A DNA stretch of 64,000 nucleotides from Halomonas sp. (GTDB lineage Bacteria > Pseudomonadota > Gammaproteobacteria > Pseudomonadales > Halomonadaceae). The notes under the pieces were generated by a model. The model was not told where the DNA came from and ran no database searches. It saw only the letters and a list, made by a program, of their open reading frames with translations. Positions within the stretch are counted from its first letter, which is position 1. Each line of letters starts with the position of its first letter. The position numbers were made by a program, and so were the translations under genes. Shown in pieces: positions 18,242 through 27,619 of the stretch. The DNA is taken from the NCBI RefSeq assembly GCF_052095695.1, contig NZ_JBQDLQ010000004.1, positions 4,200 to 68,199 on the forward strand, in the 5' to 3' direction.

Positions 18242-19684
18242 GTGACGCGCTATGAAGAGGTAGCCACCATATTGCGGGAGCGTATCGAGCATGGCATTTA
18301 TCGTGTGGGCGATCGTCTGCCGTCTATTCGCGCGGTTTGCAAAGAGCTGGAGGTTAGTATTTCGACGGCCCAGGAGGCCTATCGGCAGTTGATGGATGTG
18401 GCGTTGATCGAGTCGCGGCCAAAGTCTGGCTACTTCGTGCTGCCAAGCCGGGCGCCGTCAGTGTTGCCGTCGGTCTCTCGCCCGGCGCAGCGGCCGCTAG
18501 ATGTTTCCCAGTGGGATCAGGTGCTGGAATTGGTGGCGGCACATCGCGATGAACGTCGGCTTCTGTTAGGGCGTGGCGCGCCAAACGTAGAATACGAGTC
18601 GCTACGCCCGTTGTCGAAAATTCTTGCAGGCCTACATCGCTGTCATGACCTTATCGGCTTCAATTACGACAAGTTGGATGGCCGGCTTGAGCTTCGCCAG
18701 CAGGTGGCGCGATTGGCCATTGCCTCCGGTTGTCTGCTACACCCGGATGACATCATGGTAACCACCGGCTGTCAGGAAGCACTGAGCATTTCACTGCGCA
18801 CACTCACCCAGTCCGGTGATGTGGTGGCCGTGGACTCGCCCAGCTTTTATGGCACCATGCAGATTCTCAAGGCCAACGGCTTAAAAGCGCTGGAAATCCC
18901 CACCGACCCGCAAACGGGCATCAGCCTGGAGGCCCTTGAGCTGGCGTTGGATCAGTGGCCGATTCGCGCCATACAGGTCACGCCCACCTACAACAACCCG
19001 CTGGGCTACACCATGCCTGAAGCACGCAAGCGGGCGCTATTTCAACTTGCCCAACGCTTTGATGTAGCGATTATCGAAGATGATATCTACGGCGATTTGT
19101 CATTCTCTCTGCCCAGGCCACGCACCGTGAAATCCTTCGATGACGATGGCCGTGTCATGCTGTGCAGCGGTTTTTCCAAAACGGTGGGGCCGGGGCTGCG
19201 GGTGGGCTGGCTGGCGCCGGGCCGCTACCGCGACCAGGCGATGCATATGAAATATGTCTCTACCGGTGCCTCGGCGACGTTGCCGCAGCTGGCGATGGCA
19301 GAGTTTATCGCTAAAGGGCATTACGAGCGTCACCTTCGCTACGCCACCCGCCAGTATCAGCGACAGCGCGATATCATGATCAGTTGGGTGCAGCGCTATT
19401 TCCCTGAAGGTTCTGGCATCAGCTACCCGCACGGGAGTTTCCTTCTCTGGGTAGAGTTGCCCGCCGCAGTGGACTGCGTGCGTCTAAACGAGCGCATGGC
19501 AAAGCAGGCCATCCACGTGGCGCCAGGCTCGCTGTTTTCCGCCTCGGGCAAGTTTCGTCAGTGCCTACGCCTGAGCTATGCGTTTACGTTAACCCCTGCC
19601 ATCGAAAACGCCGTGCGAACAGTGGGGGAGCTTGCCACCGAGATGGTGGAAGAAGCGCAGGCGCATGAGAGGGGTATCATCTAG
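18242..19684 (+). CDS. MocR/GntR-family regulator with PLP aminotransferase domain (YdcR/YjiR-like)
   Basis: GDRLPSIR...VSISTAQEAY wHTH; IEDDIYG; SGFSKTVGPGLRVGW. Start placed at GTG 18242. Confidence 0.92.
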   Translation: MTRYEEVATILRERIEHGIYRVGDRLPSIRAVCKELEVSISTAQEAYRQLMDVALIESRPKSGYFVLPSRAPSVLPSVSRPAQRPLDVSQWDQVLELVAAHRDERRLLLGRGAPNVEYESLRPLSKILAGLHRCHDLIGFNYDKLDGRLELRQQVARLAIASGCLLHPDDIMVTTGCQEALSISLRTLTQSGDVVAVDSPSFYGTMQILKANGLKALEIPTDPQTGISLEALELALDQWPIRAIQVTPTYNNPLGYTMPEARKRALFQLAQRFDVAIIEDDIYGDLSFSLPRPRTVKSFDDDGRVMLCSGFSKTVGPGLRVGWLAPGRYRDQAMHMKYVSTGASATLPQLAMAEFIAKGHYERHLRYATRQYQRQRDIMISWVQRYFPEGSGISYPHGSFLLWVELPAAVDCVRLNERMAKQAIHVAPGSLFSASGKFRQCLRLSYAFTLTPAIENAVRTVGELATEMVEEAQAHERGII

Positions 19685-19718
19685 GTCGATCAGAGAAATT
19701 CTCATTTTCGAGGTATCT

Positions 19719-20675
19719 ATGCGGCGTCATGCTCTTACCTATCGCGCGTTCGGAACGCCGCTTGAAACATTAAAAATGGAAACAACGGCAATGCCCAGCA
19801 TGAGTGAGGGAAAGCTCAGGGTGAGGATGCTGTGTGCCCCGGTTAATCCGTCAGATCTGATTCCCATCACCGGTGCTTATTCGCATCGTATAACGCTTCC
19901 CGCCGTCGCCGGTTACGAAGGGGTCGGTCGAGTTATCGCCGCTCCGCATGAATATTCTTATCTCATCGGAAAGCGAGTGCTCCCATTGCGAGGTGATGGC
20001 ACTTGGCAGACGATTGTAGATTGTGATCCAGCGCTCGCAGTGTCTGTTCCCGATAACATTACTGACGATGTCGCGGCGCGCGCCTACATTAATCCCTTGG
20101 CGGCCCTCACCATGCTTGAGAATTGGCCTGTAAAGGACAAGCGTGTGCTGCTTACTGGCGCTGGATCAAATTGCGCTGAATATCTTGGGGCATGGGCCTA
20201 TCAGCACGGCGCGAAGGAAGTCGTTGGCATATACCGTTCCGATAGTAGAGTGGCGCGCCTGGAGAAAGCCGGTATCAAGCCCTTATCCATACAGGATAGC
20301 AGGCAGATTGCGTATGTTGCGGGTCAGTCCGACGTGGTATTTGACGCTTTAGGTGGCCCAGTCGCGGCAGATATACTGCGATCAATGGCCCTTGATTCGA
20401 CGTTTATCGCCTATGGACTATTGACTGGGCAAGCCGTCCAATGGGGTGTTAGACCTTGTGCCCGCTACAGAAGGTTTCATCTTCGCGATAGTTTGGCCAG
20501 GATGTCTGCAGAAACCTGGCAGCAAAAATTCTTATCTATCTGGGGCCTTTTGGGCCAGACAGATATGCCGAGTTACCAAGTCGTTCCCAGCCAGGCGTGG
20601 CGCCAAGCGGTCGAGATGGCGCTTTGCCCGAGTAACCAGAAAGTGCTTTTGGACTTTGCTGACTTAGCTCAATGA
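19719..20675 (+). CDS. MDR-family NAD(P)H oxidoreductase (enoyl/quinone reductase-like)
   Basis: PVNPSDLIPITGAY, GYEGVG, GTWQ, YINPLAA. Start placed at ATG 19719. Confidence 0.8.
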   Translation: MRRHALTYRAFGTPLETLKMETTAMPSMSEGKLRVRMLCAPVNPSDLIPITGAYSHRITLPAVAGYEGVGRVIAAPHEYSYLIGKRVLPLRGDGTWQTIVDCDPALAVSVPDNITDDVAARAYINPLAALTMLENWPVKDKRVLLTGAGSNCAEYLGAWAYQHGAKEVVGIYRSDSRVARLEKAGIKPLSIQDSRQIAYVAGQSDVVFDALGGPVAADILRSMALDSTFIAYGLLTGQAVQWGVRPCARYRRFHLRDSLARMSAETWQQKFLSIWGLLGQTDMPSYQVVPSQAWRQAVEMALCPSNQKVLLDFADLAQ

Positions 20676-20683
20676 TGGTGACC

Positions 20684-21088
20684 TCACGTCAAATCCATAA
20701 ACGGATTGTAGGCGACTTCCCAGTAGTGGCCTTCTGGGTCGCGGAAGTAGCCGGAATAACCACCCCAGAATACTTCTTCAGCAGGCTTGATTAGCTCGGC
20801 ACCGGCGGCAACCGCCTGTTTGAGTACCTGTTCAACGGCCTCTTGGCTGCCGACATTGTGCGCAAGAGTAATACCACTAAAACTACTGGGCGAGTCATCT
20901 TGAATGCCGATATCTTTAGCCAGCTCTTTACGCGGGAAAAGTGATAACCAGGCCCCTTCCAGCTTGAAAAATGCGACCCCATCGCTGTTCGTCTCGTGCT
21001 CGGGCAATCCCAAACCTTTACGGTAGAAGCGAATGGCCCGGGGCAGATCGCTGACCCCAAGAGTGATTAAACTAATTTTTGGTTTCAT
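20684..21088 (-). CDS. VOC/glyoxalase family protein
   Basis: ISLITLGVSDL...FWGGYSGYFRDPEGHYWEVAYNP. Confidence 0.9.
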   Translation of the reverse strand: MKPKISLITLGVSDLPRAIRFYRKGLGLPEHETNSDGVAFFKLEGAWLSLFPRKELAKDIGIQDDSPSSFSGITLAHNVGSQEAVEQVLKQAVAAGAELIKPAEEVFWGGYSGYFRDPEGHYWEVAYNPFMDLT

Positions 21089-21112
21089 GAGGGGCGCTCC
21101 TAATAGATAGCG

Positions 21113-21715
21113 TTAGGCGGGCCGCTGAAACGTCTGCCGCGCCTGTTCAACCTGTTCTCGGGTGACACACGTAAGCGAGTGATCATTAAGCAGTCCCATT
21201 GCCTGCATAAACGCAAAGGCGGTGGTGGGCCCGAAAAATTTCCAGCCGCGCTTTTTCAGTTCTTTGGCCAGCGCGATGGATTCCGGCGAGGTGGTCTGGG
21301 TTTGCGGCGTGGCTAATTCAATAGGCTCATAGCGCCAGAAGAACGCGGCCAGCGAGCCCTCCTGCTCGACCATTTCTTTTGCGCGCTGGGCGTTGTTAAT
21401 CGTCGCTTCGATCTTGCCGCGGTGGCGAATAATCCCTGCGTCTTGAAGTAAACGTTGCACATCGTCTTCGCCAAAGTAGGCGACTTGATGGAAATCGAAA
21501 TGGTGAAAAGCGGCACGAAAATTCTCACGTTTATTGAGAATCGTGCGCCAGCTTAAGCCTGATTGGAAGCTCTCTAAGCACAGCTTTTCGAACAGCCGCT
21601 GGTCGTCTTCCACTGGAAAGCCCCACTCTTTGTCATGGTAGGGTAGAAACTCCGCCGCGCCGCCACACCATTGGCAGCGAGGATGCCCATCGGGGGCGAT
21701 AAAATCATTGGCCAT
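21113..21715 (-). CDS. tag: DNA-3-methyladenine glycosylase I
   Basis: RCQW, YHDKEWG, LESFQSGLSW, IIRHRGKI, AFMQAMGLLNDH..C. Confidence 0.93.
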   Translation of the reverse strand: MANDFIAPDGHPRCQWCGGAAEFLPYHDKEWGFPVEDDQRLFEKLCLESFQSGLSWRTILNKRENFRAAFHHFDFHQVAYFGEDDVQRLLQDAGIIRHRGKIEATINNAQRAKEMVEQEGSLAAFFWRYEPIELATPQTQTTSPESIALAKELKKRGWKFFGPTTAFAFMQAMGLLNDHSLTCVTREQVEQARQTFQRPA

Positions 21716-21730
21716 TAGCTGCTCACCTAT

Positions 21731-22543
21731 TTAATCAAACCATTCTTGAGCGGTACGCCACAGACACATACCAACAAAGTAGACCGATGTTATGCCCCAT
21801 CCCCATAGCGCCCAGGCGGCGTGCACTGGACTTGAGAGCACCAGTGACGTAGCACATACACACCACACCAGCGTTACGGCGATATTGAGCGGCATAAATA
21901 AGCGCACCCGAAAGGGGTGCAGAAATTTCATCCGGGTCACGGTGAGGATAGCGAGGAGAACGATAGAGGCAAAGGTGATCAACGGCGGGAAGTCGAGAAT
22001 ATAAAAGTAGGCGGCGGCGATGTTCCAAGCGGCAGGAAAGCCAACGAAGTAATTATCCTGGCTTTTCATATCAACGTTGCAGAAACAGAACATCGATGAC
22101 AGCAGAATGATAAACACTGATAGCAGCCCTAAATAGGGTGGCAATTCAATGAAGTAGTAGATGAACAGGGCGGGAATAAAAGCCCAGGTCAGGTAATCGA
22201 TGACCATATCGAGTGTTGAGCCATCGAAATGCGGCAGTATGGCCTTCACTTCATACTTACGCGCCAGGGTGCCATCAATACCATCGATCATCATCGCGGC
22301 ACCTAGCCAGAGGAGGCACGCGACTGGATTGTTGTCGACCAGAGCTAGCAGTGCCATCGTGCCGAGTAGCACACCGCTGGCAGTAAATATGTGCACGCTC
22401 CATGCTTTACATCGTGAGGCGCGGGATTCTGTGTGCGAAGAAAGAGAGTGAACCACGTTGACCCCATTGGGAACGTGCTGTCCCCTTGCTGTTTGGTGGA
22501 TAAATAGGTGTATAAAGAACGATACACTACTACAAGAATGCAC
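21731..22543 (-). CDS. pcs: Phosphatidylcholine synthase
   Basis: AWSVHIFTASG, CDP-alcohol motif DGIDGTLAR...DGSTLDMVIDY, FVGFPAAWN, FLHPFRV. True start probably near GTG 22456. Confidence 0.85.
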   Translation of the reverse strand: MHSCSSVSFFIHLFIHQTARGQHVPNGVNVVHSLSSHTESRASRCKAWSVHIFTASGVLLGTMALLALVDNNPVACLLWLGAAMMIDGIDGTLARKYEVKAILPHFDGSTLDMVIDYLTWAFIPALFIYYFIELPPYLGLLSVFIILLSSMFCFCNVDMKSQDNYFVGFPAAWNIAAAYFYILDFPPLITFASIVLLAILTVTRMKFLHPFRVRLFMPLNIAVTLVWCVCATSLVLSSPVHAAWALWGWGITSVYFVGMCLWRTAQEWFD

Positions 22544-24068
22544 CTGGAGAATACGCTGGCATGCCCTCTGCTGATGGTGTGGTTGAATCTTGGCTATTGC
22601 GTAAGTGTAACCATGTGTCGCTCAACCATTTGCCCGACGCTATCAAATCGCTTTCAGTCGAGCCTGCATAGCCGAGCACTAAACCAGGCCGCTTGTTCTC
22701 AGAAAGGTAGTAGCGAGAAAGCGGCGAAAGCGTAATGCCCACTTCGCTGGCGCGCTCAACGAGTATCTCCTCTTCTTCAATAGTAGCGAGCTCAGCTAAT
22801 AAGTGCATGCCCGCATGGCCGCCAGATAATGAAAGCCCCTTGGCCACCGCAGGCGCTAATGCCGTGCGTAAACAGGCTTGGCGCTGTCGATAAGCGGCAC
22901 GCATGCGGGCGATGTGGCGGGTAAAGTGTCCGTTGGCAATGAATTCCGCCAGCGCTGATTGAACGGGATAGTTACCTTCGCGATGCAGCCGCGCAAGGGC
23001 GCGCGTAAAGTCTTCGGCAAGCGTATCGGGCAGTACCAAATAGCCTAAGCGTAAGCCGGGATAAAGCACTTTACTGAAGGTGCCGACATAAATAACCGAT
23101 GCCTGCTCCGAAAGCCCCTGAAGCGACGGTGTCGGCGGCGTATCGTATCGAAATTCGCTGTCGTAATCGTCTTCAATGATCCAACTGCCTGCGTGAAAGG
23201 CATGCTCCAGTAATGCCAGCCGACGAGGCACTGGCATGGTAACGCCGCTAGGATATTGGTGAGAGGGCGTTACATAAATTAGTCGGGGCGCTGGTGTCTT
23301 CGCAGGTGCGAGTGATGGATTAAGCCCCTGTTGATCGACGGGTATTGGCGTTACCGTTAAACCCGACGTCAAAAAGCAGGCCTGGGCACCGCCGTACCCC
23401 GGCTCCTCCATCCAAACAGAGTCACCATGGTCGGTCAGTAGTTGAGTAATCAGCTCAAACGCCTGCTGGGCTCCTTGGGTAATCACGATCTGCTCTGGTT
23501 GGCAGCGCACCGCGCGAGAAAACCGTAGGTAATCACAAAGAACAGCTTTAAGTTCAGGCAGCCCGCCACTGGTTTGGTAATCCATCCACGTCATCTTCGC
23601 GTGAGAATAGTGGCGCCGCAAAAGGCGTTGCCACTGCTCGCGGGGAAATAGGTCGAGAGCAGGAACGCCGGGAGCAAAGGCGCGATGGCCGTGGCTTAAC
23701 GTACCGCTTAGCGTTAATAGCTTATTGCCGCGGTTTGAGTAGCGAACAGGCAAAGGAGGTGGGAGCTCGGCCCGGGTTAATAGCGCAGGTAAATCGGCCA
23801 CATAGAGCCCCGCGCCTTGGCGTGAAATCAGTAACCCCTCTGCCAGTAGCCGGTCCATGGCGGCTAGCACCGTATTACGGCTAATGCCTAAGGTACGGGA
23901 TAGATAACGGGAAGAGGGGAGCATATCGGCAGCTAACAGCTCGCCATGTTGAATCCACTCCTTAAGCGAGTCATAGAGTTGCTGAACAAGCGTAGCGGCT
24001 TCGTTAGCGGTTAGCCTTAGCGCCAGCGCCTCCACAATCCAGTCGCTAGCGGCGTCTCGTCGTTTCAC
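22530..24068 (-). CDS. MocR/PdxR-family PLP-dependent transcriptional regulator
   Basis: LPSSRYLSRTLGISRNTV wHTH; IEDDYDSEFRY; GTFSKVLYPGLRLGY. Start placed at GTG 24068 behind GAGGG. Confidence 0.92.
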   Translation of the reverse strand: MKRRDAASDWIVEALALRLTANEAATLVQQLYDSLKEWIQHGELLAADMLPSSRYLSRTLGISRNTVLAAMDRLLAEGLLISRQGAGLYVADLPALLTRAELPPPLPVRYSNRGNKLLTLSGTLSHGHRAFAPGVPALDLFPREQWQRLLRRHYSHAKMTWMDYQTSGGLPELKAVLCDYLRFSRAVRCQPEQIVITQGAQQAFELITQLLTDHGDSVWMEEPGYGGAQACFLTSGLTVTPIPVDQQGLNPSLAPAKTPAPRLIYVTPSHQYPSGVTMPVPRRLALLEHAFHAGSWIIEDDYDSEFRYDTPPTPSLQGLSEQASVIYVGTFSKVLYPGLRLGYLVLPDTLAEDFTRALARLHREGNYPVQSALAEFIANGHFTRHIARMRAAYRQRQACLRTALAPAVAKGLSLSGGHAGMHLLAELATIEEEEILVERASEVGITLSPLSRYYLSENKRPGLVLGYAGSTESDLIASGKWLSDTWLHLRNSQDSTTPSAEGMPAYSPGAFL

Positions 24069-24162
24069 TGGTTCCCTCAATTTAGCGAAAAGTGGCTCTT
24101 TATCGTAAGCCACTATAGCGGCAAGCTGTGGTGATTAACCACACTTAAGGAGTATCCGTTAT
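24029..24162 (+). repeat. 134-bp imperfect direct repeat, left copy
   Basis: Aligns ungapped to 36531-36664 with 8 mismatches by manual count; covers the first codons of the MocR gene and the intergenic region. Confidence 0.95.
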
Positions 24163-24230
24163 ACCAGAGGTACCCATGGTGGTGCGGATGATGGGCGCTG
24201 GTCAATCGATACAAAGTTCGTGATCAGGCT

Positions 24231-24905
24231 CTATATTTGGTCATCAAGTACGGCAAGTTGGGCGGCTGCCAATGCCATGCCTCCTGCAGCAGTACAAGGA
24301 TCTACGACGGGCAGGCCGAGTGCCTGCTCCAGTTGACGGCGATAGTGTGCCAAGCCAGCGCAGCCTAGCACCACAACATTAGCCCCATCTTCGTCACGCA
24401 ACTTTTGCCCAGTTTCTAATAACTGCATCCAGGTTTTTCTTTCGTCAATCAACTCCTCCACGTTAAGCCCCAGCGCTCTTTCGCCCGCAAGACGTGAAAG
24501 TATTCCCATAGCACCCCAGGCTCGCATATGGCGAGAGATGGAAGCTGGTTGGATCGCTATTACGCCGACCCGCTGGCCCCGAGTTAGTGCAGTCAACATG
24601 GCACTTTCACCAATACCGAACACAGGTAGCCGGGTCGTTTCTCTGGCCATAGCGAGGCCAGGATCGCTGAAACAGGCTATTACGAATCCGGCTGCCTGCG
24701 CTTCGTGAGAGCGAATGAATGTCGAGAGCAGGGGCATGACTTGCATGATATCGGTCTCGCTCTGGATGCCTGGGGGGGCCTCAATGATGGTGTGACACTC
24801 GATTTTGGGTCCGTCCGTCAACCTGAGGGGGGTTAAAGCGTCATCAATGCCTGCAGTCACGTTGGTTGAAGAGTTGGGATTAATAACAAAAATACTGAGG
24901 CTCAT
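24231..24905 (-). CDS. Asp/Glu/hydantoin racemase family (hydantoin/allantoin racemase-like)
   Basis: VINPNSS, IACFSDPG and VLGCAGL (two catalytic Cys), PVFGIGE. Start placed at ATG 24905. Confidence 0.88.
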   Translation of the reverse strand: MSLSIFVINPNSSTNVTAGIDDALTPLRLTDGPKIECHTIIEAPPGIQSETDIMQVMPLLSTFIRSHEAQAAGFVIACFSDPGLAMARETTRLPVFGIGESAMLTALTRGQRVGVIAIQPASISRHMRAWGAMGILSRLAGERALGLNVEELIDERKTWMQLLETGQKLRDEDGANVVVLGCAGLAHYRRQLEQALGLPVVDPCTAAGGMALAAAQLAVLDDQI

Positions 24906-25013
24906 GGATAGCTCCAATGTAGTGGTAGATAGTCCTCCAGTTTAAAACGACAGTAATTGCCTGCGTGATTAGCGAGATGTGGCATGAGGTTAACCTGATG
25001 TTATATGCGTATG

Positions 25014-25029
25014 TGGCTTGATTATTGCA
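25014..25029 (+). promoter_or_regulatory. Possible sigma54 promoter upstream of the island LysR gene
   Basis: TGGCTTGATTATTGCA has GG-N10-GC spacing; the -24 element deviates from TGGCAC. Confidence 0.4.
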
Positions 25030-25082
25030 TTTGCATTTAATGATTAACTTTTTGTTATGGGTCGCTATGGGAGCTTGTTGGA

Positions 25083-25982
25083 ATGTCGCTCAATCTTCGT
25101 CAGATAGAAGTCTTTCGTGCGGTCATGATTACCGGGTCGATCAGCGGTGCTTCTCAGCTGTTGTTGGTTTCTCAGCCGGCGGTTAGCCGGATGCTCTCTT
25201 ACAGCGAGCAGCGAATTGGGTTTCGGTTGTTCGAGCGAGTCAAAGGGCGACTCCATCCTTCGCCGGAAGCCCGTCGACTTTTCCGCGATGTGGAGCATGT
25301 ATATCGCGATGTGCAGCGGGTTAACGCTACTGTTAATGACTTGGTTCAGCAGCGCCAAGGGGTGGTGCGTCTAGTTTGTAGTCCGAGTCTCGGCCATCAA
25401 CTCATTCCTAAGGCCGTAGCTTCGTTTCGGGATCACCACCAGCGGGTGCGGGTCAGTCTGGAATGCACTCGTAATATCATGCTGAGAGACCTACTGCTTG
25501 AGCATCGGGCGGATATGGGGATATCCCTGTTTCCCGTTGACCATCCCAATCTTGAGGTATCGGCACTTTTCGAGACCCAGCTGATATGTGTCTGTCACCG
25601 CGAACATCCGCTGGCCACGCAGAGCAGGGTCGAGGTCGAGACGCTTCCACGCTATCCTCTGATTGGTTATAGCGTCGAGACCCCCTTTGGACAGCTTGTA
25701 CGGGAACTGTACGAAGCTCACGGGCTCGTCTACCAGCCCGCGATTGAGGTCGACTCTCCTCACTATGCGTGTGGGCTAGTGCGTAATAGGGCTGGTATTG
25801 CACTAGTCGACGAATTTTCAATGCATGGCGATATATCAGATTCGCTGTGTGCACTGCCGTTGTCATATACGCAGGCACTGGTGGTCAATTTGGTGCATCC
25901 ACGCAGCGAGCCTCTCTCCCAGTTGGCACAGACTTTCACTGAGCATTTGAAAGACGCTTTTCTTGAGGAGTTTGTCGCATGA
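25083..25982 (+). CDS. LysR-family regulator
   Basis: LNLRQIEVFRAVMITGSISGASQLLLVSQPAVSR HTH. Confidence 0.93.
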   Translation: MSLNLRQIEVFRAVMITGSISGASQLLLVSQPAVSRMLSYSEQRIGFRLFERVKGRLHPSPEARRLFRDVEHVYRDVQRVNATVNDLVQQRQGVVRLVCSPSLGHQLIPKAVASFRDHHQRVRVSLECTRNIMLRDLLLEHRADMGISLFPVDHPNLEVSALFETQLICVCHREHPLATQSRVEVETLPRYPLIGYSVETPFGQLVRELYEAHGLVYQPAIEVDSPHYACGLVRNRAGIALVDEFSMHGDISDSLCALPLSYTQALVVNLVHPRSEPLSQLAQTFTEHLKDAFLEEFVA

Positions 25983-26013
25983 GCCTGCTTCATTAATGAG
26001 CGTGCGAGAGGGG

Positions 26014-26979
26014 CTATTGCCCAAAGGGATTGAGCACCTGGGTTGGCATCTGGCCGCGACTCATGTCGATGACGTGTCGAGCGACTGCACGTGCCGTGCG
26101 CGACATACTGGCAGCGGTGGAGCCGCCGTTGTGCGGTGAAACGACGACGTTCTCCAGTGCCAGCAAAGGGTGATCGTAGGGCATCGGCTCGACAGCGAAC
26201 ACATCCAGCCCGGCTCCAGCCAGACGTTTCTCTGTTAGCGCATCGGCCAAGGCGATCTCGTCCACGGTGCCTCCGCGTCCGGTATTGATCAATAGTGCTG
26301 AGGGTTTCATGCGCGCCAGTTCCTGTCGTCCGATAAGGTTGTGAGTTCGCTCGTTAAGGCCGACGTGCATCGATACGACATCGGCATCATCAAGCAGAGC
26401 ATCCAGTGATTGGGCTCGCTCAACCTTGATCTCCGCCAGTGTGTTGTCCGGTGCGTTGGGAGAATAGGTGACTACACGCATGCCCAATCCTTTTGCCATT
26501 CGTGCCGCGCGTTGGCCGATATTGCCGAAGCCCACCACGCCGAAGGTACGCCCCTCCAGCTCGATCATCGGTACGCTGTACTTGAAGGCGAAGAAATCAC
26601 CCTCACGCACGGTGCGATCGGCAAGCGGAATCTGTCTGGCTACCGCGAACATTAGGGCAATCGCCTGTTCCGCTACCGCCTGAGCATTGCTTCCGGGCGT
26701 ATTGGCGACTATCACGCCATGTTCTGTGGCGGCGGATATATCGATGGCGTTGACGCCTACGCCATGGACGCCGATCAACTTGAGACGAGGTGCCTGAGTC
26801 AGCATGGTGCGATTGACCTCGGCGCTACGCACGATAAGCGCATCGGTAGTGCTAAGAAGCGAGCCTAGTGACACTGGATCAGATGCTGGTGCATCGATCA
26901 CACGAATACCGGCTTCATGAAGAAGCTCAATGCCATCTTGATGAATAGGCTGGGCGATCACACAAGTAAAATCGGTCAC
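26014..26979 (-). CDS. D-2-hydroxyacid dehydrogenase (SerA-like, no ACT domain)
   Basis: GVGVNAID, GVVGFGNIG, LINTGRG, LDVFAVEP, SPHNGG. Confidence 0.9.
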   Translation of the reverse strand: MTDFTCVIAQPIHQDGIELLHEAGIRVIDAPASDPVSLGSLLSTTDALIVRSAEVNRTMLTQAPRLKLIGVHGVGVNAIDISAATEHGVIVANTPGSNAQAVAEQAIALMFAVARQIPLADRTVREGDFFAFKYSVPMIELEGRTFGVVGFGNIGQRAARMAKGLGMRVVTYSPNAPDNTLAEIKVERAQSLDALLDDADVVSMHVGLNERTHNLIGRQELARMKPSALLINTGRGGTVDEIALADALTEKRLAGAGLDVFAVEPMPYDHPLLALENVVVSPHNGGSTAASMSRTARAVARHVIDMSRGQMPTQVLNPFGQ

Positions 26980-27120
26980 GCAAGGTTCCTTGAATTGTTA
27001 ACGGCCGAGGCGAAAGCAACCGCCACGATGCCGGTCTTGCCATGGCATTGCCCGAGTCTGGGTGTAGATATTATTGGTATACCATGGTTCTGGGCCATTC
27101 GATACTCTCTTCCGAGTACC

Positions 27121-27282
27121 CCTGAAATCTTCGTTCCGAACGAGGATATCTACAAATATCTGATCTACGACGAATTCGGGTTCTGCACGCTGACTCAGGT
27201 CGAGTCGCCGATGAAGTCACGTACGCTGTCTATTAATGGTGTCTCCAAGGGGCGTGCTATGACCGGCTGGTGGATCGGCTTT
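27121..27282 (+). pseudogene. Relic of a class I/II PLP aminotransferase (AspAT-like)
   Basis: EDIYKYLIYDEFGFCTLTQVESPMKSRTLSINGVSKGRAMTGWWIGF resembles the DxIY...NGVSKxYAMTGWRIG core. No intact N- or C-terminus, and the conserved Arg is replaced by Trp. Confidence 0.75.
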
Positions 27283-27619
27283 ATCCCTCCTGGCAAGTTT
27301 TCATGACTCGTAAGGCACTTTTGGGTATGTCAGTTGCTTGTGCGTCCCGTAATGGTCTTGACCTTATGTTAAGGGTTGGAGACAAAAAGGCATGCGACAT
27401 CATCACATCCGGCTCGCAGAATGATTCTTACAGGATTCGTATCCGGATGATGTGTCGTGCTACTGACCCTGATCACAGGCCTAGAAGTACTGAGCCATGC
27501 GAATCGAGGTCTGAACCGAAAGTCGTACGCATCGAAAATGATGTTCCGATAGAACACAACTCAGAGGTGGAATTAGACCGCTCGGGCATTTAGGCAGTAC
27601 TTCTCTCTCAGGAGCCAGT

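Noticed and set aside
26917-27593. ORFs 26917..27306 and 27270..27593 as intact genes
   Set aside because: Only an internal stretch of about 54 aa resembles a protein family; treated as a pseudogene fragment.
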